From the IMG/VR virus record IMGVR_UViG_3300017987_000001, positions 62,001-126,000 of that record: DNA of 64,000 nucleotides, one strand, 5' to 3'. Positions 48,698 through 57,880 of this stretch are shown here, piece by piece. Numbering within the stretch: the first letter of the stretch is position 1; each line of letters opens with the position of its first letter. Under the pieces are notes generated by a model, which saw only the letters and a list, made by a program, of their open reading frames with translations, was not told where the DNA came from and did not search any database. The translations under genes were made by a program, and so were the position numbers.

Positions 48698-50059
48698 TTA
48701 ACCGCGAACCAGCTTGCGAACGGCATCCTTCAATGCCGCCGTGCTGCCCGCTGCTGCCTTCTTCACATGAGCCGCAGGCTTGGCAGCTGCTGGCTTCTCC
48801 TCCGCCATTTCCTCTCCGGCTAGTTCCTCAGCCTCACCAGCGCCCTCTTCGGCACCACCCAGTGCAGCCTCGGCCTCGCCTTCGGATTCCATGGCTTCAG
48901 GACCAGCGCCCTGCGCCTCTGCCACGACCTCGGCCAGCTCTTCGGGCGTGATGCCTGCCTCGTCGAGTGCCTCGGCCAACGCCTCAATGACGGCTTCGTC
49001 ATCGAGCCCCTCGCCGCCCATTTCGCCGCCTTCCCCGCCCGGCATGGCCCCTTCGGGACCACCACCGGCGAGGGCGGCCAGCGCGGCAGGATCCGGAGCG
49101 CCGCCTCCACCCATCATGGCTGCGGGATCTTCTCCCCCACCCATCATGGCTTCGGGACCAGCGCCACCAGCGCCGCCTCCTCCGAGTGCACCAAGGAGTG
49201 CAGCGGGATCTTGTGCTTCCTTCGTACCAGCCTTCTTCTTCAGCTGGCCATGCATGGCCTTCTGATAGCCCTGCATGAAGCCGACGTATGCGTCAGCGTC
49301 CGCCTCGGCCGTCTTCGTGATCTCACCGACCACGGTGGCGTAGACGTCGTCGCTCGCCTGCTTCTGCTGTCCACCGGCGAGGTAGTCGATCAGCATCGAC
49401 GCTGCGACGTAACCGGCCTCCTCGTCCTCGGGGAACTTCTCGGCAGCCTTCTTGTACAGCTCAGCAGAGTCGGCTGCCGCCTGCTTGTCATCCTGCTGAG
49501 CCGCCGGAGGGTCCGACTGCTCGCCCTCCTCCGCCTTCGGTTCTTCAGCCGGAGCTTCAGCGGGCTGCTCGGCCGGAGCCTCCTCGCCTGCTGCCTTCTC
49601 CGTCGGGATGTTGAGGATCTTCGCCATCTCGCCGAGGATCGAGTTCGCTTCACCGATCAGCTGATCGGCGCCGTACTTCGTCTTCGGGTTCGGGCCGACG
49701 GCGGCGTTGCTCGCCATCGAGGGCGTGCTCTTCGGCGTGTCGACATTGCCCGCGCGCGACTCATCCGACGACATGGACTGCGTGCCCATGGTGTCGGTAG
49801 GCTTCTTCGAGTCGCCCGGGGTGTTCTTGCTACCGGACTCTTCGACATTGTTCGGCACGTCCTTGGCGACGTCGGCCGAGTTCTCCGCAGAGCGCTCGCC
49901 TTCCTTCGCAGGCTTCGTGCCGTCATCGACGTTGGCGGACGGATGCGACGACTTTCCGTCGGATGCCAAATCGAGGTTGGCTGCAGACTTCTCAAGCTGC
50001 GCACGCTCGACCATCGCGTCCATCAGCTTGAGGATGTTGCCATTGGTCTTTCCCGGCAT
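48698..50059 (-). CDS. Scaffold/prohead core protein (453 aa)
   Basis: Acidic, disordered, Ala/Gly/Glu-rich with many KxA sites; follows the protease; ATG 50059 with GGAG RBS. Confidence 0.7.
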   Translation of the reverse strand: MPGKTNGNILKLMDAMVERAQLEKSAANLDLASDGKSSHPSANVDDGTKPAKEGERSAENSADVAKDVPNNVEESGSKNTPGDSKKPTDTMGTQSMSSDESRAGNVDTPKSTPSMASNAAVGPNPKTKYGADQLIGEANSILGEMAKILNIPTEKAAGEEAPAEQPAEAPAEEPKAEEGEQSDPPAAQQDDKQAAADSAELYKKAAEKFPEDEEAGYVAASMLIDYLAGGQQKQASDDVYATVVGEITKTAEADADAYVGFMQGYQKAMHGQLKKKAGTKEAQDPAALLGALGGGGAGGAGPEAMMGGGEDPAAMMGGGGAPDPAALAALAGGGPEGAMPGGEGGEMGGEGLDDEAVIEALAEALDEAGITPEELAEVVAEAQGAGPEAMESEGEAEAALGGAEEGAGEAEELAGEEMAEEKPAAAKPAAHVKKAAAGSTAALKDAVRKLVRG

Positions 50060-50117
50060 GGCACATTCTCCCATTCGTTAGAAGGTCTGGGGCGGTCGCA
50101 GAGATTGTTGAACGCGT

Positions 50118-51587
50118 TCAACAATTGTAGTTCCTCCGGAGCATGAGCCGGTCTGCGATTCCGCCGTCTGATTCACCTTCTAGCGAGCGAGAGAACGCCA
50201 GTTGGTACGCGACATACTGTTTGGCCAGATAGGCCGCCGCTTTGTTGACGCCCGCGCGCTTCACGTGCGAGACCTTCACGGTCTTCGCAGGACCGCCACC
50301 ACGAATGATGGAGATCTGCACGCGACGACCGACCGGCTCATCCCCGAGAGACATATCGGGAACCATGCCGCCAATCATGTCGCGCACCCGCTTGGGCAGC
50401 AACCCCGCCGCCGGGTCGTATGTCTTCATCCCGGTGACGTCCTCTACCCCATCGCCGCTCGACAGCATGCGGTTGAAGATACCCGGCAACATATCCTCAG
50501 CTTCGGATACGTCACCAGCCACGGAGTCGTACTTGTTGCCAAGTATGAGCCGGAAGAAGTCTTTGATCGGCAAGCTGATCTTCGACTGCGAGAGCGCACC
50601 CATCAACTCGTTCAGATCGCAGCCGCGCATCGTGTCCAGCTGATCGTCCTTCATAGCTGGGCACTCAGCGGCAGCGTCGATCTCCGGGCTGATAGCGCGT
50701 CCCGTAGCCTCGATCTGCTTCTCCATCGCCGCCAAACGCTCCATGGCGGCAAGTTTCTCTTGGACCGGAAGGGGTGACGTGTCCAAGAGCACGTTTGTCG
50801 GGGCAGAGATGCCCCACATCTCGGCGAGCTGTGTGGAGGGAATGAACTCGTCCGGCATGACGCCGTACGCCGCGACCTTCCTCAGGCCGTAGGCGATACG
50901 ATCCGCTGGGCGGAAGACGCCGGAGTAGTCGAAGTACGTCGTCCGGTCGTTGATCGCGAAGACCTGATGACCGGCTGATTTCACGTGCGTCATCTCGTTC
51001 TTGAGATGATCACAGTACTCTTTGCGGCTGGGAGCTTGGTGCCCGCAGATGGAGCACGTGTCGTAAGGAACGCGGCAGCTCATGGAGAATGCTAGGTCTT
51101 CCCCGTTGGCTGCCTTCTCTAGCTCCGGCTCCCATTTGTCGTTCTGAACTTTGATGAGGAGTTCGCCACGACGCATTTCGGGATTGTACGCTTCGGCAAC
51201 GATCTCACCTGATGCTAGGTCCGGATCCTTATTGACGTGATCCTTATAGACCTTCGCGTACTTCGTGAATGTGTTGTGGTATTGCTGTAGGCCGCCATCG
51301 AGGATGCGCGACTTCGGTCCACCCTTCTCTGGCTCGGGGAACTCGAAGCGCGCGCTCTTCTCGTTGAAGCCATCGCCATTTCGGTTTGCGCCATACGACT
51401 CCATGCAACCCATGGAGATCGCATGAATGAAGGAGTGGCCCTTCTCTGGGCGAACCGACGATAGCTCCTTGGTTAGGACGGCGGCGCGCTTGGTCATCCA
51501 ATCACGATCGATCCCACGACTGTGTACGTCGACAAGTCGTGCGATCTGCACATTGGGACCAGCGAATGGAAATACCGTCTTGATCAT
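50118..51587 (-). CDS. Probable prohead maturation protease with Zn ribbon (489 aa)
   Basis: NRNGDGF, YKDH (candidate catalytic His), FSMSC (candidate Ser), CSIC...CDH, F.D.SGVFRPAD: the HK97/assemblin-like motif order; synteny agrees. Confidence 0.7.
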   Translation of the reverse strand: MIKTVFPFAGPNVQIARLVDVHSRGIDRDWMTKRAAVLTKELSSVRPEKGHSFIHAISMGCMESYGANRNGDGFNEKSARFEFPEPEKGGPKSRILDGGLQQYHNTFTKYAKVYKDHVNKDPDLASGEIVAEAYNPEMRRGELLIKVQNDKWEPELEKAANGEDLAFSMSCRVPYDTCSICGHQAPSRKEYCDHLKNEMTHVKSAGHQVFAINDRTTYFDYSGVFRPADRIAYGLRKVAAYGVMPDEFIPSTQLAEMWGISAPTNVLLDTSPLPVQEKLAAMERLAAMEKQIEATGRAISPEIDAAAECPAMKDDQLDTMRGCDLNELMGALSQSKISLPIKDFFRLILGNKYDSVAGDVSEAEDMLPGIFNRMLSSGDGVEDVTGMKTYDPAAGLLPKRVRDMIGGMVPDMSLGDEPVGRRVQISIIRGGGPAKTVKVSHVKRAGVNKAAAYLAKQYVAYQLAFSRSLEGESDGGIADRLMLRRNYNC

Positions 51588-51609
51588 TACACAAACCCTT
51601 GTGTGCAGC

Positions 51610-51638
51610 ATAGTAATCGGCACACCGGGTTGCGTCAA
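51610..51638 (-). promoter_or_regulatory. Promoter TTGACG-N17-TACTAT for the head operon
   Basis: Near-consensus hexamers, 17-nt spacer, A-tract (UP-like) upstream. Confidence 0.7.
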
Positions 51639-51683
51639 TTAGTTTTTTCGTGATGACTAGGCTGCCTGCTCTTCGCAGCGGAA

Positions 51684-52625
51684 CTAGACTGTCGGCCGCG
51701 CCCACGTCGGAAGTTCAAGCGGCTTGCCCTCTTCCGCGTACGCGCGGAATGGATCGAACGAGGGGCGACGAGGAAGCCGCTGCGCCTGCATCGCGCGGGC
51801 CTTCTCGGCGCGCATGAGCCGCGCCATCCACAGGTCAGCCTCGAACTGCCGCAAGCGCTGCTGCAGCTGCGTCTGTGCATCGGCGACAGACGAGCCGCCC
51901 GGACCATACCGAATCCGATTGCCTACGTAGCGTAGGATATCAGGCAGGAACATCGCAGCGATACCGGCAAGCCCACCGCGCTTGAGCGACGATGCGAGCG
52001 GCTTCGAGCTGGCCACGGTCTTCGCGGCTGCACGCATACGCTCGGGAGAAACCTTCTTGAGCGCGGACTGCAACTGAGGTGTCATGGACTTCGTAGCCTG
52101 CGCGAGTCGGCGCTTACGCAGCCACGGCCCAACGACGGGGATACTGTAGAGTCGACTACCGCTTCCCAGTACGTTCGACAGCTCTTTCTTCGAGAGGCCG
52201 GTCTTCGGGTTCGTGAGTGCCTCAGCGAGCGACAGAGTCTTCTTCTTGCCCGCAGCAAGCGTCGGGAGATCGGCACCGCGCAGCGCACCGCTGACAGTCT
52301 CGGCGAGCTGCGACTGCGTCATGGGGGAGAGTGTGCTGTGCAGCCCCCACGGCGTCGTGCGATAACCGTACGCCGCGCCCATACCAGCACCGGCTGCGGC
52401 AAGTCCGGGCATCAGATACTCGCGCGGCGGGTTCTTCTGCGTCTCGCGAATGTACTGAATGCCTTGCGGGATCTCTTCCAAACCACGTCGCAGTCGCCGA
52501 TTCAGCTCGCGCTGCGCATCCTGCGACTGCGTGAGGCTCAGATCTTGCCCAGTCCACATACCGGTCTGGGCTTCCTTCTCCATGCCAAATCGCGCGGCGG
52601 TGAACTTGTCGCCAAGCTCGCTCAT
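51684..52625 (-). CDS. Basic Gly-zipper membrane-type protein with N-terminal FGMEKEA (313 aa)
   Basis: ATG 52625 with GAGGAG; GLAAAGAGMGAAYG and GGLAGIAAMFLP segments. Confidence 0.7.
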   Translation of the reverse strand: MSELGDKFTAARFGMEKEAQTGMWTGQDLSLTQSQDAQRELNRRLRRGLEEIPQGIQYIRETQKNPPREYLMPGLAAAGAGMGAAYGYRTTPWGLHSTLSPMTQSQLAETVSGALRGADLPTLAAGKKKTLSLAEALTNPKTGLSKKELSNVLGSGSRLYSIPVVGPWLRKRRLAQATKSMTPQLQSALKKVSPERMRAAAKTVASSKPLASSLKRGGLAGIAAMFLPDILRYVGNRIRYGPGGSSVADAQTQLQQRLRQFEADLWMARLMRAEKARAMQAQRLPRRPSFDPFRAYAEEGKPLELPTWARPTV

Positions 52626-52626
52626 C

Positions 52627-53604
52627 CTATACTCCTCGTCCACGCGAAATGGCGAGATCCATCATCCGTGCGATGTCTGGATCGTTCGCATACAGATCCA
52701 TAAGCGGATTGCCCTTGCCCTTCACGGGCCGCGCAATAACCTCTTGCAGGAACTTGCGCATACGCGCGATCTCCTCGCGATTGCCGCCGAAGCGTCCGGT
52801 GAGAAGACCAACCCGCTGCGAGAAGTCGAGCGCGGACATCTTGCCACGCGCGAAGTCGCGCTTCAGCTTCGCGAGTCCTTCGAGCTGCGGAGCCGCCTGT
52901 CGGTAGATGTTCAGTCGGTTGGAGATGCGACGACCGAGCGCGGCAAGCGCCATGCGCTGCTCTGGTGTGCGCAGCTGCCCCGCTTCAATGCGCTGAATCG
53001 CATGCTCAACTGCTGCCTTCATATCCACATCGGGCATGACAGCGCGCATCGTACGAAGCCCGCGCAACGCGGCAGAAGGACTGCGGCTCATCAGCTTCTT
53101 CGCCGTGCGCTCGCCCAAGCGTATGCGCCGCTTCCAGCCCTTGCCGCTCGGCAGGACCGACTGCGTGAACTGCTGCACGAGTGACTGTTGCTCTTCCGGC
53201 GTGAAGCGACCGCGCCCAGCGAGAAGTGCTCCGAGTGCGCCTTCCGTCGCGCCCTCGAACACATCACCTTCACCGCTCACAAGTCGTCCGAGTGCGCCTT
53301 GGACCCCCGACTCATACGCCTTGCCGAGCTGCAGTCCGCGCTGAATCGGATTGGCGAGCGCATAGGCTGCCGTCGCGCCGGTGCCAAGACCACCCTTGAG
53401 CGCACCCGCAAGTGTGCCCGAAAGGATATCGCCGCCAGTAAGAAGCGCCTTACCGGCTCCGAGACCAGCGCCAGCCAACCCGCCAACGCCGCCGAGCCCG
53501 AGTGACTTCAAAAGCAGGTTCGGATCGACCTGCGGATCGAACTCGATGTCTTTCGCGTGTGTTGGCTCCGGAGGAAGCGTACCCGGAACAGGCTTCTCGG
53601 GCAT
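52627..53604 (-). CDS. Gly-zipper protein (325 aa)
   Basis: LGLGGVGGLAGAGLGAG..GTLAGALKGGLGTG hairpin followed by a basic helical domain. Confidence 0.7.
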   Translation of the reverse strand: MPEKPVPGTLPPEPTHAKDIEFDPQVDPNLLLKSLGLGGVGGLAGAGLGAGKALLTGGDILSGTLAGALKGGLGTGATAAYALANPIQRGLQLGKAYESGVQGALGRLVSGEGDVFEGATEGALGALLAGRGRFTPEEQQSLVQQFTQSVLPSGKGWKRRIRLGERTAKKLMSRSPSAALRGLRTMRAVMPDVDMKAAVEHAIQRIEAGQLRTPEQRMALAALGRRISNRLNIYRQAAPQLEGLAKLKRDFARGKMSALDFSQRVGLLTGRFGGNREEIARMRKFLQEVIARPVKGKGNPLMDLYANDPDIARMMDLAISRGRGV

Positions 53605-53606
53605 GA

Positions 53607-54077
53607 CTATTCCTTCTGATCAGGCATTGACACCAACGGAAGCTCTTCCGGTTCGGAGACTGACTTCAGGCCCTTCTCAACCTCGACGAGCTGATTGGCC
53701 TCGAACGGCTCCATCGCATCCTGCTGCTGCAGCAGCTTACGCAACTGCCCGCGCATCACAGCAGGCTGCACCGACGAGCGCGGTACGAGCTGTGAAACCT
53801 GATTGAACGCGTCGAGCACCTCGTCCGGATCGTACGTGCTGATCACCGGATCGTTCGCGAGGAAGTCGTTGAGCATCGCCTGCATCTTGATCCTGCGCAT
53901 CTCTGCGTCGTGCGTAGGGTCGAACAGCTCGCCGATCATCTTCTCTTCCGTCTCTTTTGGAGACGGAGGCTTCCCCGCCGTCAGCCGCTTCTTCAGCTCA
54001 CCGGCAACGCTGCCGATACCGACGAGGTCCATAATGCCTGCGTCCTTCTCGAAGAGATCATCTAGTTCGTTCGACAT
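53607..54077 (-). CDS. Helical head-associated protein (156 aa)
   Basis: Coupled start; LFEKDA near the N-terminus. Confidence 0.7.
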   Translation of the reverse strand: MSNELDDLFEKDAGIMDLVGIGSVAGELKKRLTAGKPPSPKETEEKMIGELFDPTHDAEMRRIKMQAMLNDFLANDPVISTYDPDEVLDAFNQVSQLVPRSSVQPAVMRGQLRKLLQQQDAMEPFEANQLVEVEKGLKSVSEPEELPLVSMPDQKE

Positions 54078-54079
54078 GG

Positions 54080-55249
54080 TTATTCCTTGACGAACAGGTC
54101 ATCCAGATCGTGCGACTTCTTCTCGGAAGCGCCGCACATGCTGTGCGCTGCCGCGACTGCCTGATCCTGTGGCATGCCGTGGTCGCGATTCAGACTGATC
54201 TTCCGGCTGATGCAGTCATCAGTCGACTCGCCCTTACGCTTGTACTTCTTCTTCGCCGCCTTCGCCATGAGCGCGTTGTAGATCTGTCGCACATGCTCCT
54301 CGCGATTGTCCTCAACCAGCGCCGCTTCCTTCGCGTAGCCGTCGAGGCCGTAGCTGATCGCAGCGAGCACCGGTTGCGGCGGCAGACAGCTCAGGTTCAG
54401 CATGGCGTGCTGGTGCTTCACGTGATTGATCGCTGCCGCTTCCTTCAGCAATCGATCGATCTGCTGTGATAGGAAGACCGCCTCCGCGACCTTGTCGTAC
54501 GGCTCGGCCGTGTCATCGTAGAACATCTGCTGCGCGCCGAGATCTTCGTCCGCCGCGCGCTTGACGTGCAGCTTATCCTGTCCGAGGTTGCCGTGCTCGT
54601 AGACCATGTCCATCGCAATCTTACCGAGCGGGCCGAACGTTGCAACCGCGCGCTTCTCGACGAGCGCGAACGGCTCCTTGTTGCTCGTCGAGCGCCAGTA
54701 GGCAGCAGCCTTGTCGAGCGTATCGAAGAAGCGCATGTACACGTGGTGATACGCCTCAAGCGCCTGCTTGTGTAGCTTCTCGATCTTCTCGTGCTCCTGA
54801 ATCGCCGACTTGGCTGTCGCTTCAGGATCACGATCATACGCTGCTGCCTTCTTGTCGGTAAGCGGCGGGAGTTCCTCGACCTTCGCTTCCTTCGACATCT
54901 CCATGAAGTTGACGCGCTGGCCACCCTCGTAGAGAGGATTCAGCGCAGACGCGGCCTTCGTCGCGGGCGTCTCCGGCTCGGCCGGGTAGAGCGCGCCGAG
55001 GATGTTCTCGATGCTCGCGATCGGGAATGTGTCGGCCCGAGTGTCCTCATTCGCGTGCTTCAGGTGCGAGAGCGTCTTCGACACGTTGAACGCCTCGACC
55101 ATGCGCTTGATGATCTCGGGCTGGAACTCGTAGTCATTCGCGACCTTGGTGAGCGCGTCGTCAGGGGTCGAGCCGTCGTTGGCCATCTTCACGGCCTTTT
55201 CGAGAGCTTCAACGATCTTCTGCTCGGTTGCCTTGGGCATATCCTTCAT
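54080..55249 (-). CDS. Helical KxA-rich internal head protein (389 aa)
   Basis: At least nine KxA sites; C-terminal DCISRKI...QDQAVAAAHSMC minidomain. Confidence 0.7.
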   Translation of the reverse strand: MKDMPKATEQKIVEALEKAVKMANDGSTPDDALTKVANDYEFQPEIIKRMVEAFNVSKTLSHLKHANEDTRADTFPIASIENILGALYPAEPETPATKAASALNPLYEGGQRVNFMEMSKEAKVEELPPLTDKKAAAYDRDPEATAKSAIQEHEKIEKLHKQALEAYHHVYMRFFDTLDKAAAYWRSTSNKEPFALVEKRAVATFGPLGKIAMDMVYEHGNLGQDKLHVKRAADEDLGAQQMFYDDTAEPYDKVAEAVFLSQQIDRLLKEAAAINHVKHQHAMLNLSCLPPQPVLAAISYGLDGYAKEAALVEDNREEHVRQIYNALMAKAAKKKYKRKGESTDDCISRKISLNRDHGMPQDQAVAAAHSMCGASEKKSHDLDDLFVKE

Positions 55250-56100
55250 TGCTTGCTCTCCTTGCTGACCTCGACGGCTTCAGGCTTCACTTCTTCCTTC
55301 GGGCTGATAGCAAAAATGTTGGACGCATCCGGGAGCATCCTGCGATGCTCCACTGGTTCGATCCTGTCCGTCGTCTTGCGCACGGTGAGTGATACGGCTT
55401 CGAGCAGCGCCGAGATCGAGGCTTCAGCCTGATCCGCGCCGCGCAGGTTGTCGGACTCGGACTCCAGCCGCAGCAGGTCGAGACCCTTACCCATCAGGTC
55501 GACGCTGTTGAAGTTGTTCGGCTGAACCGCGAATGCCGCACTGCGCGCAACCTTGATCACCTGCTCGCGGAACGTGCGCACGATGAAGTCCATCGCCACG
55601 GGCGACACATCGCCGATCTCCCAAACGCTGCGGACTATGTCCCAGCCGCCCTCGTACGCAATCAACTTCCACATGAAGTCCGGATCGCTTGCACGCGCGC
55701 CAGCCGTGAATGCCGGGAGCAGCACGTTCGCCGTGATGCATCCCTTGTGTTCGAGCGCGTCGCGCACGTCGAAGAAGAGCTTCTCGTAGGTATTGAGCAC
55801 CTTGACCTCGGCGTTGAGGTACTCGGCCATGTCTTCGACCGACTGGTTCGCCATGACACCGGCCTCGAAGATCCAGCGCGAGCCAGCCACGTCTTCGAAC
55901 AAGCACTTCGCCTGATGCAGGTCCGGGTACTCGCCCGCCAACATCTCCTCGACACGCGGATCATCACGCCGATAGCGACGAAGGTAGCGCCACGCCCGCG
56001 TGACGAACGTGTCGTCACGCGACCGACGGGGTGGGAGCTTCTTCTCGATCAGCTCCTTCGCCCGCAGCCATCGCCATCGTGGTGATTGGTTGAGTTTCAT
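55246..56100 (-). CDS. Hypothetical protein (284 aa)
   Basis: ATGA-coupled on both sides; globular helical sequence. Confidence 0.75.
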   Translation of the reverse strand: MKLNQSPRWRWLRAKELIEKKLPPRRSRDDTFVTRAWRYLRRYRRDDPRVEEMLAGEYPDLHQAKCLFEDVAGSRWIFEAGVMANQSVEDMAEYLNAEVKVLNTYEKLFFDVRDALEHKGCITANVLLPAFTAGARASDPDFMWKLIAYEGGWDIVRSVWEIGDVSPVAMDFIVRTFREQVIKVARSAAFAVQPNNFNSVDLMGKGLDLLRLESESDNLRGADQAEASISALLEAVSLTVRKTTDRIEPVEHRRMLPDASNIFAISPKEEVKPEAVEVSKESKQ

Positions 56101-56297
56101 ACCTTCATAGCCGGACGCGTGATGAGGTCCGTCCTTTCGAAGTTCCGGCGACGGTGATTGCTGCGCATGCCGTCACGGCGCGGGATGAGCGCCGACGGCT
56201 CCTTGCTGAGCGGCTCCGCCGCACAGCCCAGTGCCGCTCGCTTGAGCAGCCCGAGCTGATATCCTATATCATAAGCTACGTTAGTCTCCACCGCCAC
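56097..56297 (-). CDS. Small protein consisting mostly of the targeting-like motif AYDIGYQLGLLKRA (66 aa)
   Basis: Fills the gap, coupled to neighbours, shares a motif with the 57880 and 59841 genes. Confidence 0.65.
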   Translation of the reverse strand: MAVETNVAYDIGYQLGLLKRAALGCAAEPLSKEPSALIPRRDGMRSNHRRRNFERTDLITRPAMKV

Positions 56298-57609
56298 CCC
56301 CCAGCAGCCGCTGAATCAGTGCGATCGCCAGAAGCGTGCCGAGCGTGAGACCGCCGCCTCCCACGAGCTTGCTGATCGTCGGATCGTCCGACCACTTACC
56401 GAGGGTCGACCGTGCACCTTCCCAGCCCATGCCACCGAGCAGGTCGCCCAGCCCGGACATGCCGGTGCTGCCGACATCGCCAAGGAAGCCGCCAAACTGC
56501 CCAAGATCGCCGAAGCCGGACCCACCTGCAGCGCGGGCGTTCATGATCTGCGCGACCTCGGGGCTGGCCATGGTCGTAGGCGCTGCGCCGCCCTCAAGCA
56601 GCTTGGAGAGTCCGTAGCCGCCTCCAAGAACGCCAGCGGCAGCGCCGCCGCCGTACTTCGCCTTCTGCCACGGCGTAAGCCCGCCCCACCACTGGGCAGC
56701 CCCTCCGGGCGCAGCTGCGGCCTGAAGCACGGCCTCAGGGACCGGCGCTCCAGCGATGGTTTGCAGCGTAGGGTCTGCTGTCCCCACGCGGGTAGCGGGA
56801 CCGCTAGGTCGCGCCTGCCGTCTGGTCACTTTGGGCGATTGAAACTTCCGCCTCGGCTTTGGCGTTGGCTTCGGCTTCGCTTTCCCGCCAAAGATGCGCG
56901 ACCAGCCCTCGCGAAACTTCTTGGTGCTACCCACCATCGCGCGTCCAGCAGCTTCCTTGGCCGTCTCGTTCTCGCTCGTCTTCGGCTCGGGCTTCTTCTC
57001 CGGAGCCTTCTTCGGCTTCTCGTCCGACGCGGATTCGAGCTTCTCGACACCCGGCTTCGTCGGCTTCTGTGTTTCCTTCGACTTCGTGTCGCGCGTCACG
57101 TCGTGGATGCCACCGATCTTGTTCAGCACGTTGCGCACGCTCGCCGTCGTCACCTTCGGAGGCGTCGCGGGAGCTGCCTTCGCGGGCGTCATCTTCGGCA
57201 TCGCCGCGAGGCCGCCCGGCGGACCCTTCGGAGTGGCCGTCGGCTTGGGTGCAGGCGGCTTCGGTACTGCCGGAGTCTTCGGAGCTGCCGCAGGAGCGGG
57301 CTGTGCGGGTTGCGCCGGAGGCACAGCGCCTGCGCTCATCTTCTCAAGTGCCTCATTGATAGCCGAGGCCGAGACGTTCAGCCGTCGTGGGGCGTTCGTG
57401 CTCAGGTTCAGCTGAGGGACCATGCCCTTGGTCGGGCCGCGTGCAGGAGGAGCGTTCTCAATAACGCGAGGGCGCCCGGGGCCGCGTACCGTACCGGCAA
57501 TCGCGGGCACCGACGTGTTCTTGGTCGCCGGAACGGTCGTCTTCGTAGCCTCATCCGCCTTCTTGGTGAAGGCATTGACGAGTACGCGACGTGCCTTAAT
57601 CAGATCCAT
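56281..57609 (-). CDS. Pro/Lys-rich disordered protein with C-terminal Gly-zippers (442 aa)
   Basis: GAGGAGG RBS; AFTKKA, LEKMSA, KEAA; two hydrophobic Gly-rich helices. Confidence 0.7.
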   Translation of the reverse strand: MDLIKARRVLVNAFTKKADEATKTTVPATKNTSVPAIAGTVRGPGRPRVIENAPPARGPTKGMVPQLNLSTNAPRRLNVSASAINEALEKMSAGAVPPAQPAQPAPAAAPKTPAVPKPPAPKPTATPKGPPGGLAAMPKMTPAKAAPATPPKVTTASVRNVLNKIGGIHDVTRDTKSKETQKPTKPGVEKLESASDEKPKKAPEKKPEPKTSENETAKEAAGRAMVGSTKKFREGWSRIFGGKAKPKPTPKPRRKFQSPKVTRRQARPSGPATRVGTADPTLQTIAGAPVPEAVLQAAAAPGGAAQWWGGLTPWQKAKYGGGAAAGVLGGGYGLSKLLEGGAAPTTMASPEVAQIMNARAAGGSGFGDLGQFGGFLGDVGSTGMSGLGDLLGGMGWEGARSTLGKWSDDPTISKLVGGGGLTLGTLLAIALIQRLLGGGGGD

Positions 57610-57880
57610 CGTTTTCCTCCTCAGCGACAGCGGAGACCTTCGCGATCAGATCCATGAGAGGAACCTGATACTCCGGGTCATCCTCCAGCAGTTTACGCTC
57701 GTTCCGAACGTGATCGGCCAGCTCGGAGTAATCACGAAGCAGCTCATCTGCCGCTTCCGCCATGTGCCCCATGCACAGCCAGAAATGCTCCGGGTACCCC
57801 TGCTTCGACTCGTGCAGAAGGATCTCCGCCTGTGCGAGATGCTTCCGTGCGCAGTTCAGGCAACTCGGGCGCATAGTCAC
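57596..57880 (-). CDS. Small Cys/His helical protein (94 aa)
   Basis: CLNCARKH...H..C.GH..EA.DE, possibly a metal site. Confidence 0.7.
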   Translation of the reverse strand: MTMRPSCLNCARKHLAQAEILLHESKQGYPEHFWLCMGHMAEAADELLRDYSELADHVRNERKLLEDDPEYQVPLMDLIAKVSAVAEEENDGSD

